Shown here: one piece after another, positions 26,226-35,514 of the stretch
How the letters are laid out: each line of letters starts with the position of its first letter
Numbering within the stretch: position 1 is the first letter of the stretch
NCBI GenBank assembly: GCA_023474345.1
Contig: JAMCXS010000024.1
Span: 4,427 to 68,426 of the forward strand
DNA: 64,000 bases
DNA from: Acidobacteriota bacterium
GTDB lineage: Bacteria; Acidobacteriota; Terriglobia; UBA7540
Direction of reading: 5' to 3'
Position numbers and translations under genes: made by a program
The notes under the pieces: generated by a model
What the model was told of the DNA's origin: nothing
Databases searched by the model: none
What the model saw: only the letters and a program-made list of their open reading frames with translations

Positions 26226-27197
26226 TTACACGATCGCCCCGTTCGGATGGAGGAGGACAGGCCGCGTTGACGCCATGCTGATCCGAGGAGTAATGGCATT
26301 CCACTCCTGGGCGCCGGTGTTGGTGGGGCGAAACATTCCGAACGTTGACGAGACCCCGAAATCCAGGAAGTGTTTGCGAACGGCCTCAATGGCATCAGGC
26401 GAGTTTTTCCGGGCCAGAACTGCTACCGCTGGGCCGGATCCGCAAATGAACACTCCCAGCATATCTTTCGTGCGAACCTTGAGCGCCTCCTCCAACCCTG
26501 CCACCGTCTTTCTGGATGCGGGCGGCAGCGTAGCGTCCAGTTGCGGTTCACTGTCTTTTCCAGACCGCGTAAACAGATTGGCCAGGGTCTGAGCCCGCTG
26601 AAAGTACACCGGCATTTTTTTGAACGGCACGGACGGAGTTTCCTGCTCTTGCCGAGCGAAGGAACCCAAAGGCAATTCCGGAACAACGACGCTCAGGACG
26701 AAATCCCCGGGAACAAAGGTCCGGCGCAGCAACGTGGAGGACTTCTCCTCAACACAGGCCACGAATCCTCCGTGCCAAGCTGCCAGCAGGTTGTCTGAGC
26801 GGGTTTCATAAATTCGCGCCAGATCGAACAAATTCTTCTCATCAAGCCCGAGGGAGTAGAGGCGGTCTGCTGCAATCAGCCCTGCCAAAATAGCGGCTGT
26901 ACTCGATCCCAGACCCACGCCGACCGGAACGGAGCTGTAAATTTCGAAGTCTGCGCCAGTAAATTCAAATCCTCTCAGATGGAGAGCCGCCTCCATAGCG
27001 CGAACAATCAAGTTCGCGTGGTCTCGGGGAACACGCTCTCCATTCTCGCCAAAGTAGCGAATGCCCACATGCCCATCCGTGCGAGGAGTGACTTTCACGT
27101 TAAGCAATGCGTCGAGCGCCAAGGCAGCACAGTTCATAGCGCCGGCAAAGTTTCCAACCGTTGCCGGCACTTTAACCAGGATTGACCGGGATCTCAT
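26226..27197 (-). CDS. thrB: homoserine kinase (GHMP family)
   Basis: 323-aa ORF with AAGGAGA RBS 7 nt upstream. It starts VKVPATVGNFAGAMN and has the GHMP motif VPVGVGLGSSTAAILAG. Confidence 0.85.
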   Translation of the reverse strand: MRSRSILVKVPATVGNFAGAMNCAALALDALLNVKVTPRTDGHVGIRYFGENGERVPRDHANLIVRAMEAALHLRGFEFTGADFEIYSSVPVGVGLGSSTAAILAGLIAADRLYSLGLDEKNLFDLARIYETRSDNLLAAWHGGFVACVEEKSSTLLRRTFVPGDFVLSVVVPELPLGSFARQEQETPSVPFKKMPVYFQRAQTLANLFTRSGKDSEPQLDATLPPASRKTVAGLEEALKVRTKDMLGVFICGSGPAVAVLARKNSPDAIEAVRKHFLDFGVSSTFGMFRPTNTGAQEWNAITPRISMASTRPVLLHPNGAIV

Positions 27198-27498
27198 GCC
27201 TGATTCTCCTTATGAATCTAGAATAGGCAGCCTCGCTCCGACCGTGAAATTCTAAATTTTTATGGAGGGTATAGAACTTGCTTATGCTGTTTTGAAGAGC
27301 ATGAAAGCCACCAGAAGATCTTGAGGATCAAAGCTTCCGCGAGGTTCTTCACGCGTGAAGCAGTGTGGAACCTCGGGGGGCCATCAAGCAATCTCAACTG
27401 ACCAGTTCGTAGGAAGTCTCCACGTCAATCAAGCCTTTAATTGACCGCGCAACCGGGCAGCGGTCAACATGCACGCTATGCACACGGATGAGCGTTCC

Positions 27499-28335
27499 TC
27501 AGCGGAGTAGTTCTTCAAGCTGCACCGCTTGGTCGGTCTTTTCATCCCTGTATTTGATAATGACCGGGGTGTAAAGCGAAAGGCCCCATTCCTTCCCGCG
27601 CCCTCTTGTGACCGCGCGCGCTCCAGGTACCACGACAGCACCCGGAGGAATCATCAAAGGGCGATCCTCCTCGCGGCGGTAGACGGTGTCCCGCACCAGG
27701 TCGTAGACCGGAGTCGAACCAGTTAGAATCGTTCCCGCCGCCAGCACCGCCGCCTTGCCCACAATGGTTCCCTCATAAACGCCGCAATTCCCTCCGACCA
27801 GGACGTCATCTTCGATAATCACCGGGAGGGCCCCTACGGGCTCGAGCACTCCCCCGATCTGCGCTGCAGCGGAAAGGTGGCAGCGCTTCCCGATCTGCGC
27901 GCAGGAGCCCACCAGGGCATGGGAATCCACCAGCGTCCCGTCATCGACGTAAGCGCCGGCGTTCACGTACATCGGCGGCATGCAGGTCACGTTCCTGCCG
28001 ATGTAACAACCGTCGCGGATGGACGAGCCGCCAGGGACCACACGAATGTTCCGATCGCTGGGTATCTGGTTGAGCGGATAGGTGTGCTTATCTCGGAATT
28101 GCAGAGGCGGAGGAGGCATTTCCACAATTCGGCCAACACGGAACCCCAACAGGATTCCCTTTTTGACCCATGTATTCACTTTCCATCCGGTGGGTGAACC
28201 GGGATCGGGCTCTGCAGCGCGAACCTCGCCGGCGTTCAAAGCTGCCTTGAATTTATCAAAGGCTTCAAAGTATTCGTCGCCGTATTGATCCGTCTGGCGC
28301 GAAAAGAGTTCTTCAATCTGGCTCTGGAGTGTCAT
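27499..28335 (-). CDS. dapD: 2,3,4,5-tetrahydropyridine-2,6-dicarboxylate N-succinyltransferase
   Basis: The 278-aa ORF is collinear with E. coli DapD as I recall it ([43 protein letters not shown], hexapeptide repeats, C-terminal ELLR). Confidence 0.9.
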   Translation of the reverse strand: MTLQSQIEELFSRQTDQYGDEYFEAFDKFKAALNAGEVRAAEPDPGSPTGWKVNTWVKKGILLGFRVGRIVEMPPPPLQFRDKHTYPLNQIPSDRNIRVVPGGSSIRDGCYIGRNVTCMPPMYVNAGAYVDDGTLVDSHALVGSCAQIGKRCHLSAAAQIGGVLEPVGALPVIIEDDVLVGGNCGVYEGTIVGKAAVLAAGTILTGSTPVYDLVRDTVYRREEDRPLMIPPGAVVVPGARAVTRGRGKEWGLSLYTPVIIKYRDEKTDQAVQLEELLR

Positions 28336-28474
28336 TAGTGATCTGTTTTCTGCCTGCGCGTGCTATGTAGAATTTCAGGTGATGCCACGCAGCAAATTTC
28401 TGCCCCTGTGTTTCCTGGAAGCAGGTCATTGAAATGCCCGAGTGCTGGCGGACGTGCCGGGATCCATAGACATG

Positions 28475-29374
28475 TCAAACTTTTTGTGCCTGGAGCAATC
28501 CCTGAGCAACCAGCTCTTTTTCAAGTTTGGCCCGATTTTCGGGCTTCATCGGGCAAAGCGGCAGCCGGTAAACCTCTTTGATCTTCCCCATCATGGCGAG
28601 CGCGGCTTTGACGGGAATGGGATTCGTTTCGATAAAGTTTGCCCGCATCAACGGCAAGAGCTTAGCGTTAAGCTTGCGGGCCTCATCGTATTTGCCGTCG
28701 AGCAACAAATGCGCCAGGGTCGTCATCTCCCGCGGCACCAAATTGGAGATTACCGAGATGACGCCGACGCCGCCCAGCGCCATCAGCGGAAAGGTGTAAG
28801 CATCGTCGCCGGAAAAAACCCGGAAGTCCGGACCGACCATCCCCAGCAATTCCATCTGCTGCGTAATGCTTCCGGAAGCTTCTTTAATACCGATTATGTT
28901 CGGTATTTTAGCCAGACGCGCGACGGTGGCCGGCTCGATATTCGAAGAGGTACGCGAAGGCACGTTGTAGAGGATAATCGGCAACTCGGTGGATTCGGCA
29001 ATGGTTTTGAAGTGCTGATACAATCCTTCCTGAGTCGGTTTGTTGTAATACGGAGCAACGGAGAGGATTCCTTGCACGCCCAGGGCGCTGACTTCTTGTA
29101 ACTGGCTGCAGACTTTCTTGGTGCCGTTCCCTCCCACTCCGGCAATCACAGGGACTTTTCCGGCAGCTTCCTGAACGACGACACGGATCACGCCCGCGAA
29201 CTCTTCATGCTCAAGCGCGGGAGTTTCCCCCGTAGTCCCGCAAGGTACCAGGAAATCGATTCCCTCGCGAAGTTGAAAGTCGACCAAGCTCCGCACCGCC
29301 TCCACGTCCAATGTGCCGTCCTTGGCAAAAGGAGTGACCAGCGCCGTGCCGCAACCTCGAATGTCCAAACTCAT
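28475..29374 (-). CDS. dapA: 4-hydroxy-tetrahydrodipicolinate synthase
   Basis: It has the GTALVTPF start region and GTTGE motif, and the active-site lysine context IIGIKEASG. I place the start at ATG 29374 (MSLDIRG) because GGGAGGAG lies 6 nt upstream. The track ORF extends to 29428. Confidence 0.93.
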   Translation of the reverse strand: MSLDIRGCGTALVTPFAKDGTLDVEAVRSLVDFQLREGIDFLVPCGTTGETPALEHEEFAGVIRVVVQEAAGKVPVIAGVGGNGTKKVCSQLQEVSALGVQGILSVAPYYNKPTQEGLYQHFKTIAESTELPIILYNVPSRTSSNIEPATVARLAKIPNIIGIKEASGSITQQMELLGMVGPDFRVFSGDDAYTFPLMALGGVGVISVISNLVPREMTTLAHLLLDGKYDEARKLNAKLLPLMRANFIETNPIPVKAALAMMGKIKEVYRLPLCPMKPENRAKLEKELVAQGLLQAQKV

Positions 29375-29440
29375 AGAAGCTCCTCCCATAACCGGTTCCC
29401 GTATGGAGACTATGATTATAAAAAACAAGCGCGAGGGTTG

Positions 29441-30175
29441 CTACCGTTGTTCTTCGAGAACCTGGTCGAAACCGAACAACCCCTTTTTGCCCACAACCCA
29501 ACGGGCCGCAAAGAGCGCGCCCTCGGCAAATCCCTGGCGGCTGCGGGCGTTGTGTCTGATAAGGACAGTATCAGCCTCGGAATCGAATCCAAATTCGTGC
29601 ATGCCAGGAAAGAATCCCGCGCGAACGCTCGAAGTGGAAATATCCCGGGAAGGCAGATGCGCCTGGACCTGCCGTCTCAACTCCAGGGCGGTCCCGGAAG
29701 GCGCATCCTTTTTGGCCTTGTGGTGGGCTTCTACGATATAGGGCTCATACATCGAATAAGGGGCAAAAATTTCCGCTGCGGCGCGCGCCAGGCGATAGAA
29801 GAGCTGCACGCCAATGGAAAAATTTGCCGCGTACACCATACCCACACCGCTCAACCGAATGATCTCCCGAACCTCTTCAAAGCGATTGTTCCAGCCGGTT
29901 GTCCCCACTACCAGATTAACGCCCAGTGCGGCCACGCGACGAATGTTGTCAACAACCACATCGGGCGTCGTAAAGTCGATGCAGACGTCAATGCCATGGA
30001 AATTCTTTTCCGTGATCGCCACGCCATCGGGGTTTGATTCAATGGTCAGGATAAGACGAACTTCAAAGCCGCGCTCCGGCGCCAGACGCGCCACTGCGCT
30101 GCCCATTTTGCCGTGGCCGAGCAAGGCCAGGTTCAGCGTGGCTTCGGTTGAAAGGTCAGAAGAAGTCGCGGTCAC
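29441..30175 (-). CDS. dapB: 4-hydroxy-tetrahydrodipicolinate reductase
   Basis: 244-aa ORF with LLGHGKMG nucleotide loop, EAHHKAKKDAPSGTA signature and GFAEGAL near the C-terminus. Confidence 0.9.
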   Translation of the reverse strand: MTATSSDLSTEATLNLALLGHGKMGSAVARLAPERGFEVRLILTIESNPDGVAITEKNFHGIDVCIDFTTPDVVVDNIRRVAALGVNLVVGTTGWNNRFEEVREIIRLSGVGMVYAANFSIGVQLFYRLARAAAEIFAPYSMYEPYIVEAHHKAKKDAPSGTALELRRQVQAHLPSRDISTSSVRAGFFPGMHEFGFDSEADTVLIRHNARSRQGFAEGALFAARWVVGKKGLFGFDQVLEEQR

Positions 30176-30231
30176 TTTTTCACCCGGCTACTAACGTTCG
30201 TGGTCTCGAGATCAATTGCAAGGCCGAAGCG

Positions 30232-31281
30232 CTAATCCAAATAACCTTCGGACTTCATCAGTTCGGCGTTGAGTAAGGCTGCGCCCGCCGCTCCCCGGAT
30301 GGTGTTATGGCTAAGCGTTGTGTACTTGAATTGAAGCACCGGGCAGGTCCGCACGCGGCCTACCACGGCAGCCATACCGTGTTCGGCGTTGACATCGAAC
30401 TTGACCTGAGGCCGGTCGCGTTCCTCCCGAACGATGATCGGATGTTTCGGCGCGGTCGGCAACTGGCGCTCTTGCGGCAGGGCCCGGAATTTCCTCCACG
30501 CTTCGATCAGGTCTTCCAAGGACGCTTGCGAACGCAAAGAAATCGAAACCGCTTCCGTATGCCCATCTTCCACAAAGACGCGATTGCAGTGCGCGCTGAC
30601 CACAAAGTTCCCTTTGGCAACATGCCCGTCGGTCAGCTTGCCCAGCAGCTTGTGGGCCTCGCGCTCCACTTTTTCTTCTTCGCCGGAAATGTAGGGGATA
30701 ACGTTACCCATGATGTCCAGCGTCGGAACACCGGGATATCCGGCTCCGGAAACGGCCTGCATGCTGGTCACCAGGACTTTTTCGAGCCCAAAGGCGCGCT
30801 CGAGAGGAACCAAAGACATCACCAAACCGACGGTGGTGCAATTAGGGTTGGTAACAATCATGCCCTTCCAACCACGCTGCTTGCGCTGTTCCCGAACCAT
30901 GGCCAGGTGATCCGGATTCACTTCCGGAATCAGCAGCGGCACGTCGGGCTCCATCCGGTGGTTTGAGGAGTTCGACACCACCACGTGGCCAGCCTGGGCG
31001 AACTCCTTTTCGACCTCGCCGGCCACTTTGGAGTCGAGCGACGAAAAGATCAATTGCGGCGCCTTACCGGGTTTGCACTCATGGACCATAAGGTCACGCG
31101 CGGCCGCAGGCATAGCCTCTCGAAGCCGCCAATTGCAGGCATCCGCATACTTCTTTCCCGCAGACCGGTCGGATGCGGCAAGCCAAACCGCTTCAAACCA
31201 CGGGTGGTGTTCAAGAAGGCTCATGAATCTCTGGCCTACCATCCCCGTAGCTCCAAGAATACCAACTTCAAGTTTCTTCAT
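30232..31281 (-). CDS. asd: aspartate-semialdehyde dehydrogenase
   Basis: 349-aa ORF with GILGATGMVGQRF, active-site NPNCTT and SGAGYPG. Confidence 0.93.
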   Translation of the reverse strand: MKKLEVGILGATGMVGQRFMSLLEHHPWFEAVWLAASDRSAGKKYADACNWRLREAMPAAARDLMVHECKPGKAPQLIFSSLDSKVAGEVEKEFAQAGHVVVSNSSNHRMEPDVPLLIPEVNPDHLAMVREQRKQRGWKGMIVTNPNCTTVGLVMSLVPLERAFGLEKVLVTSMQAVSGAGYPGVPTLDIMGNVIPYISGEEEKVEREAHKLLGKLTDGHVAKGNFVVSAHCNRVFVEDGHTEAVSISLRSQASLEDLIEAWRKFRALPQERQLPTAPKHPIIVREERDRPQVKFDVNAEHGMAAVVGRVRTCPVLQFKYTTLSHNTIRGAAGAALLNAELMKSEGYLD

Positions 31282-31338
31282 TGCACTTGTCCCTTTTTGT
31301 TTGCATCCTGTTTGATCCGCCGGGATGCACGGCTGTTG

Positions 31339-32349
31339 TTAAACACGATTCTTTAATTCTCGTACCAAGCGGGAGTAAAGTTCAACCGCGCGGACTAAGT
31401 CCGACTTCTTCACGCACTCGTGGTCGGTGTGGGCGACGTGGATGGTTCCCGGCCCTAGCAGCAGCGGCCGCCCCCATCGTGTCAAGTTCGGCAGGTCGGT
31501 TGAATAAGCCACAACTTCTGTTTCGAAGCCGTCGATCGGTTCCATCATGATGGGCAATGTGTCGCGGACGAACTCATAATCGCAGCGACCTTTCAAGATC
31601 GCCTCGAGTTTTTGCCGCAGCTCCACAGAGGGGCACACCGTCCGAAAAAGGATTTGGGCGGAGGCGCTGTCGGGGATCACATTCGGAGCATGGCCACCTT
31701 GAATAAAGCCGATATTCATCGTGGCACGTCCCATCACCGGATCCTCCGGCAGAGGGAGCTGGCGCATCTCGCCGAGAACGTCCAGGAGTTTCTCGATTGC
31801 CGAATCTCCCAACTCCGGGTAGGCCGAATGAGCTGTCTTCCCGGTGGCGCGGATGTCGACTCGCAGATTCCCCTTGGTCCCGACCGCCAACTTGTTTTCA
31901 GTGGGCTCCCCATTAATGATGAATTTCGAACCTGCGGGCATCATATTCGCCCGGCGGGCGCCGTCGCTCAGAGTTTCCTCGCCGACGACAAAAAGAAGGC
32001 CGAAGTTCCTGATGCCAGACGCCTTCAACTGCAGCGCCGCAATAACCTGGGAAGCCAAGATGCCTTTGGCATCGCACGAGCCGCGACCGTAAATGAACTC
32101 TTCATCCTCACTCGCCGGGATGTAGGGTGGCACGGTATCCATGTGCGTGCTCAGTACCACGTCGGGCTCGCCCAGCCGGGCAAACACATTTGCACGGCCT
32201 TCTGTGACAGGCTGAAGCTCGATCTGGAAGCCATGGTTCTGGAGGTAACCGGAAAGAAATTCGCAGCACGACTTCTCGTGCCCCGTGACGGATTCAAGAT
32301 TGACCAGCTTCTTTGTAAGGTCAAACAATTCTGTGATCTGCTCGTCCAT
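31339..32349 (-). CDS. dapE: M20 family metallopeptidase, probable succinyl-diaminopimelate desuccinylase (ArgE/DapE family)
   Basis: HMDTVP, GRGSCDAKG and GEET motifs. The context heads the asd-dapBAD string. I place the start at ATG 32349 (MDEQITELF). The 62-codon upstream extension in the track ORF looks non-coding. Confidence 0.7.
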   Translation of the reverse strand: MDEQITELFDLTKKLVNLESVTGHEKSCCEFLSGYLQNHGFQIELQPVTEGRANVFARLGEPDVVLSTHMDTVPPYIPASEDEEFIYGRGSCDAKGILASQVIAALQLKASGIRNFGLLFVVGEETLSDGARRANMMPAGSKFIINGEPTENKLAVGTKGNLRVDIRATGKTAHSAYPELGDSAIEKLLDVLGEMRQLPLPEDPVMGRATMNIGFIQGGHAPNVIPDSASAQILFRTVCPSVELRQKLEAILKGRCDYEFVRDTLPIMMEPIDGFETEVVAYSTDLPNLTRWGRPLLLGPGTIHVAHTDHECVKKSDLVRAVELYSRLVRELKNRV

Positions 32350-32728
32350 AATACTGCATCCGAACCAAACCGCGCCTCGGGTTCCAGCTTGTGAGTAAGA
32401 ACTCTGCTCAGTACGCGAAGGAAACGCCTCGGCCGGTCGAAGCCAGCGACGCGCTCGCCCGCTTGCAACCGCCGGCTGGTCACTAACACTAGGCTTAACA
32501 TTATGACGGTAGCCCACAAGCGAAAGTAGCGTCAAGTCATTTCACGACGAGGCCTTGCCTGGCTGCATAGTACCCCTCTGTGGATTTGAAGTGTGTGACC
32601 GAAAAGAAAGGAGCACACATGACTACCTCAGCGGGAGAAAAGCTAGGCGGTCAGAAAGCCAACCCCGAGGATGAGCCCTTCCAACGTAGAGGTAGCGACC
32701 TTCATGTTGGCTTCGGCGGGATTTTTCG

Positions 32729-33895
32729 CTAATTTCCACCCACTTTCAGAATCTCGCGCACGGATTGCACAATAAAACGCAGATCCGTTTGTTTCAGACC
32801 GGGATGAACCGGTAAGGAGAGGACAGTTTTGGCAAGCCGGGTGCTCACGGGGAAATCCCGATCCCGACCATAACCGCGAAAGATAGGCTGGCGATGAAGC
32901 GGCAGAGGATAATGGACGGCCGCCTCGATGTCCCGGCCCCTTAGCGCCTCGGCAAGTTCGTCCCGCGAAATTCCGGCTTGTTTTGTCTCAATGCGAATCG
33001 TAAAAAGGTTGAAGGAAGGCCTCGCGCCGGGAGCGATTTGCGGCAACTCAATTCCCGGAAGGCCGGCGAGCCCACGGGTCAGGATCGCTGCATTCCGCTG
33101 CCGCGCACGGACAGCAGCAGGGAGCTTGGCCAACTGCACGCGCCCAATCGCTGAGGCGATATCGGTGGTGCGGAAATTATAGCCTACTCGAATGTGCCGG
33201 TAACGACTCACTTCACCGTGGGAGCGAAGCAACCGAAGTTCCCCCGCCAGCGAGGCATCCGAGGTTGTAATCATGCCACCTTCACCCGTGGTCATATTTT
33301 TCGATGGATAGAAGGAATAACAGGTCGCATCAGGGAAGGAGCCGACGTCCCGCCAGTGGAATTGCGCTCCATGAGCTTGCGCAGCATCCCAGATGACGCG
33401 CAGCCCATAACGGCGTGCAACACGCGTAAGGCTGGCGATATCCGCAGGCTGCCCGTAAAGGTGGACGGGAATAAGCGCCCGGGTCCTCTTGGTGATACGC
33501 CGTTCCACTTCCTCCGGGTCAAGCGTGAAAGTCTCGGCATCCACATCTGCAAAGATCGGTTTCGCTTGAATCGCCGCCACCATGGCCGCCGTGGCGACAA
33601 AAGTGAAGTCAGGAACGATCGCTTCGTCGCCCGGCTGGAGCATCGCCCGGCAGGCAAGATAAAGCGCCGCTGTTCCTGAACTTACAGCAATTGCGTAACG
33701 CGCTCCGACGGCGGCCGCGAAGCGAGCTTCAAAGTCCTCGGTGATTTCCCCCGCTCGCAGCCGTCCACTCTCCAACACTCGCCGGACGGCATCTATTTCG
33801 CGCCGGTCAAGCGAAACTTGTGCTATAGGAACTTTGCGAATTTTCACTTCTCCTTTTCGGTCCGAATCATTCATAAAAGCAGCGACGTTTAACAC
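32729..33895 (-). CDS. DegT/DnrJ/EryC1/StrS family PLP-dependent sugar aminotransferase
   Basis: 388-aa ORF with VSSGTAALYLA, DAAQAHGA and the PLP lysine context FYPSKNMTTGEGG. Confidence 0.9.
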   Translation of the reverse strand: MLNVAAFMNDSDRKGEVKIRKVPIAQVSLDRREIDAVRRVLESGRLRAGEITEDFEARFAAAVGARYAIAVSSGTAALYLACRAMLQPGDEAIVPDFTFVATAAMVAAIQAKPIFADVDAETFTLDPEEVERRITKRTRALIPVHLYGQPADIASLTRVARRYGLRVIWDAAQAHGAQFHWRDVGSFPDATCYSFYPSKNMTTGEGGMITTSDASLAGELRLLRSHGEVSRYRHIRVGYNFRTTDIASAIGRVQLAKLPAAVRARQRNAAILTRGLAGLPGIELPQIAPGARPSFNLFTIRIETKQAGISRDELAEALRGRDIEAAVHYPLPLHRQPIFRGYGRDRDFPVSTRLAKTVLSLPVHPGLKQTDLRFIVQSVREILKVGGN

Positions 33896-34002
33896 GGAGG
33901 CCGCTATGGTTTTGAAGGGCAGGCAAACAGTTGCTCAGCAAACGGCTCTGCGCCTTCCGGGCGGAGTTTCTCTCCGCGTTCTCCGTGTTCAACCTCCGTG
34001 CC

Positions 34003-35412
34003 CTAACACTGCACAATCTTGTCGCGATTTTCTTTCACGTTCCGAGTGGCATTTCTGGTGTCAATCACCAGCCGGGCGTGCCGGACGATATACGAATAGT
34101 CGTAGATCGAGTGGTCCGTGGCGATGATCACAGCTTCGGGTTCTGACAAAGCCTCAGGAGTCAACTCCACCGAAGCCAATTGAAAGTCATACCGCCGCAT
34201 TCGGTGCAAACGTGGGAAGTAAGGGTCGTGGTACTCGACCCGAGCGCCTTGCTTGAGCAGCAGCTCCATGATCTCAAGCGAAGGCGATTCGCGCAAATCG
34301 TCGATGTCCTTCTTGTACGCCACGCCCAGCAGAAGAATCCTGGCGCCGTGCAGGCATTGCTTGCGGCGGTTCAGAGCCTCGCTCAAGGCCTCCACCACGT
34401 GTGCGGGCATAGCGGAATTGACCTCGCCGGCCAACTCGATGAAGCGCGTGGTAAATCCGTACTCGCGCGCCTTCCACGTCAAATAAAAAGGATCAATCGG
34501 AATACAATGCCCGCCCAAGCCGGGGCCGGGGTAGAAAGCAGTAAAGCCGAACGGCTTGGTTTTGGCCGCTTCAATAACTTCAAAGATATCAATTCCCATC
34601 CGCAGAGAAAGGAGTTTCAGTTCGTTCACCAGAGCGATGTTGACACAGCGGTAAATGTTTTCAAGCAGCTTGGTCATCTCCGCGGTACGCGAGGAACTCA
34701 CAATAACAGTGCGCGCAAAAACACTCCCGTAGACCGCCCGGGCGGCTCGGGCGCTCGCTGCATTGACGCCACCGATGATTTTCGGGATTTGAGCCCTCTC
34801 GAACTCCTTGTTGCCGGGATCCTCGCGCTCCGGGGAGAAGGCCAGGAGGAAATCACCCTCAGCATCTTCCGAGATAGCAATCGAATTGCCATCGGTCGAG
34901 TAAGGGCGCACCGGACAGCGCAGCCCCGATTCCTCGAGAAGAGGCAACAGCACCTCCTCGGTGGTGCCGGGATAAGTGGTGCTCTCGAGCACCACCAGTT
35001 GTCCGGGCACCAGATGGGCGCTCACAGTTTTCGCTGTGTTGTGAATAAATGAAAGGTCGGGTTCGCGGTGCGTGTCGAGAGGCGTGGGAACGCACATGAT
35101 GATGGCATCCATCTCCCGAAGCCGGCTGAAATCGTCCGTAGCATGAAAGCGTTTTCCCTCAATCGCCCGCGCAATCTGAGCCTCAGGGATATGGCGGATA
35201 TATGTTTTACCGTTTCCCAGCTTTTCGACTTTGGCAGGGTCAGTGTCAAAGCCGGTGGTCTCGAACCCTTTTTGTACGAAGGAGAGCGCCAAAGGAAGTC
35301 CGACGTAGCCTAAGCCGATGACGCCTACGCGAGCTGCCTTTTGTTCAATCTTGGAAACAATAGAGCTTTCGATTGTGGATGGTCTCGTTGAATCTCTTTT
35401 CTGGTCGTTCAT
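34003..35412 (-). CDS. nucleotide-sugar dehydrogenase (UDP-N-acetyl-hexosamine 6-dehydrogenase, WbpA/WecC-like)
   Basis: Rossmann VGVIGLGYVGLPLA, catalytic region GPGLGGHCIPIDP. I place the start at ATG 35412 (MNDQKRD). The track ORF extends to 35514. Confidence 0.88.
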   Translation of the reverse strand: MNDQKRDSTRPSTIESSIVSKIEQKAARVGVIGLGYVGLPLALSFVQKGFETTGFDTDPAKVEKLGNGKTYIRHIPEAQIARAIEGKRFHATDDFSRLREMDAIIMCVPTPLDTHREPDLSFIHNTAKTVSAHLVPGQLVVLESTTYPGTTEEVLLPLLEESGLRCPVRPYSTDGNSIAISEDAEGDFLLAFSPEREDPGNKEFERAQIPKIIGGVNAASARAARAVYGSVFARTVIVSSSRTAEMTKLLENIYRCVNIALVNELKLLSLRMGIDIFEVIEAAKTKPFGFTAFYPGPGLGGHCIPIDPFYLTWKAREYGFTTRFIELAGEVNSAMPAHVVEALSEALNRRKQCLHGARILLLGVAYKKDIDDLRESPSLEIMELLLKQGARVEYHDPYFPRLHRMRRYDFQLASVELTPEALSEPEAVIIATDHSIYDYSYIVRHARLVIDTRNATRNVKENRDKIVQC

Positions 35413-35514
35413 ATTAGTGACTCTCTTTGGTGTTGAATTCGAACAAATGCATTTAGCCTTAGCGCCACCGTTTAGGGCACCTTGGCATGACAGGTATAAA
35501 GCTTGGCGCCGCAA

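Noticed and set aside
32350-32535. 62-codon N-terminal extension of the M20 peptidase ORF (and similar extensions at 35413-35514, 45017-45118, 61387-61470, 13089-13148, 29375-29428)
   Set aside because: The extensions have no homology-like sequence, often overlap the upstream gene, and internal ATGs with good RBSs give N-termini matching the known families.
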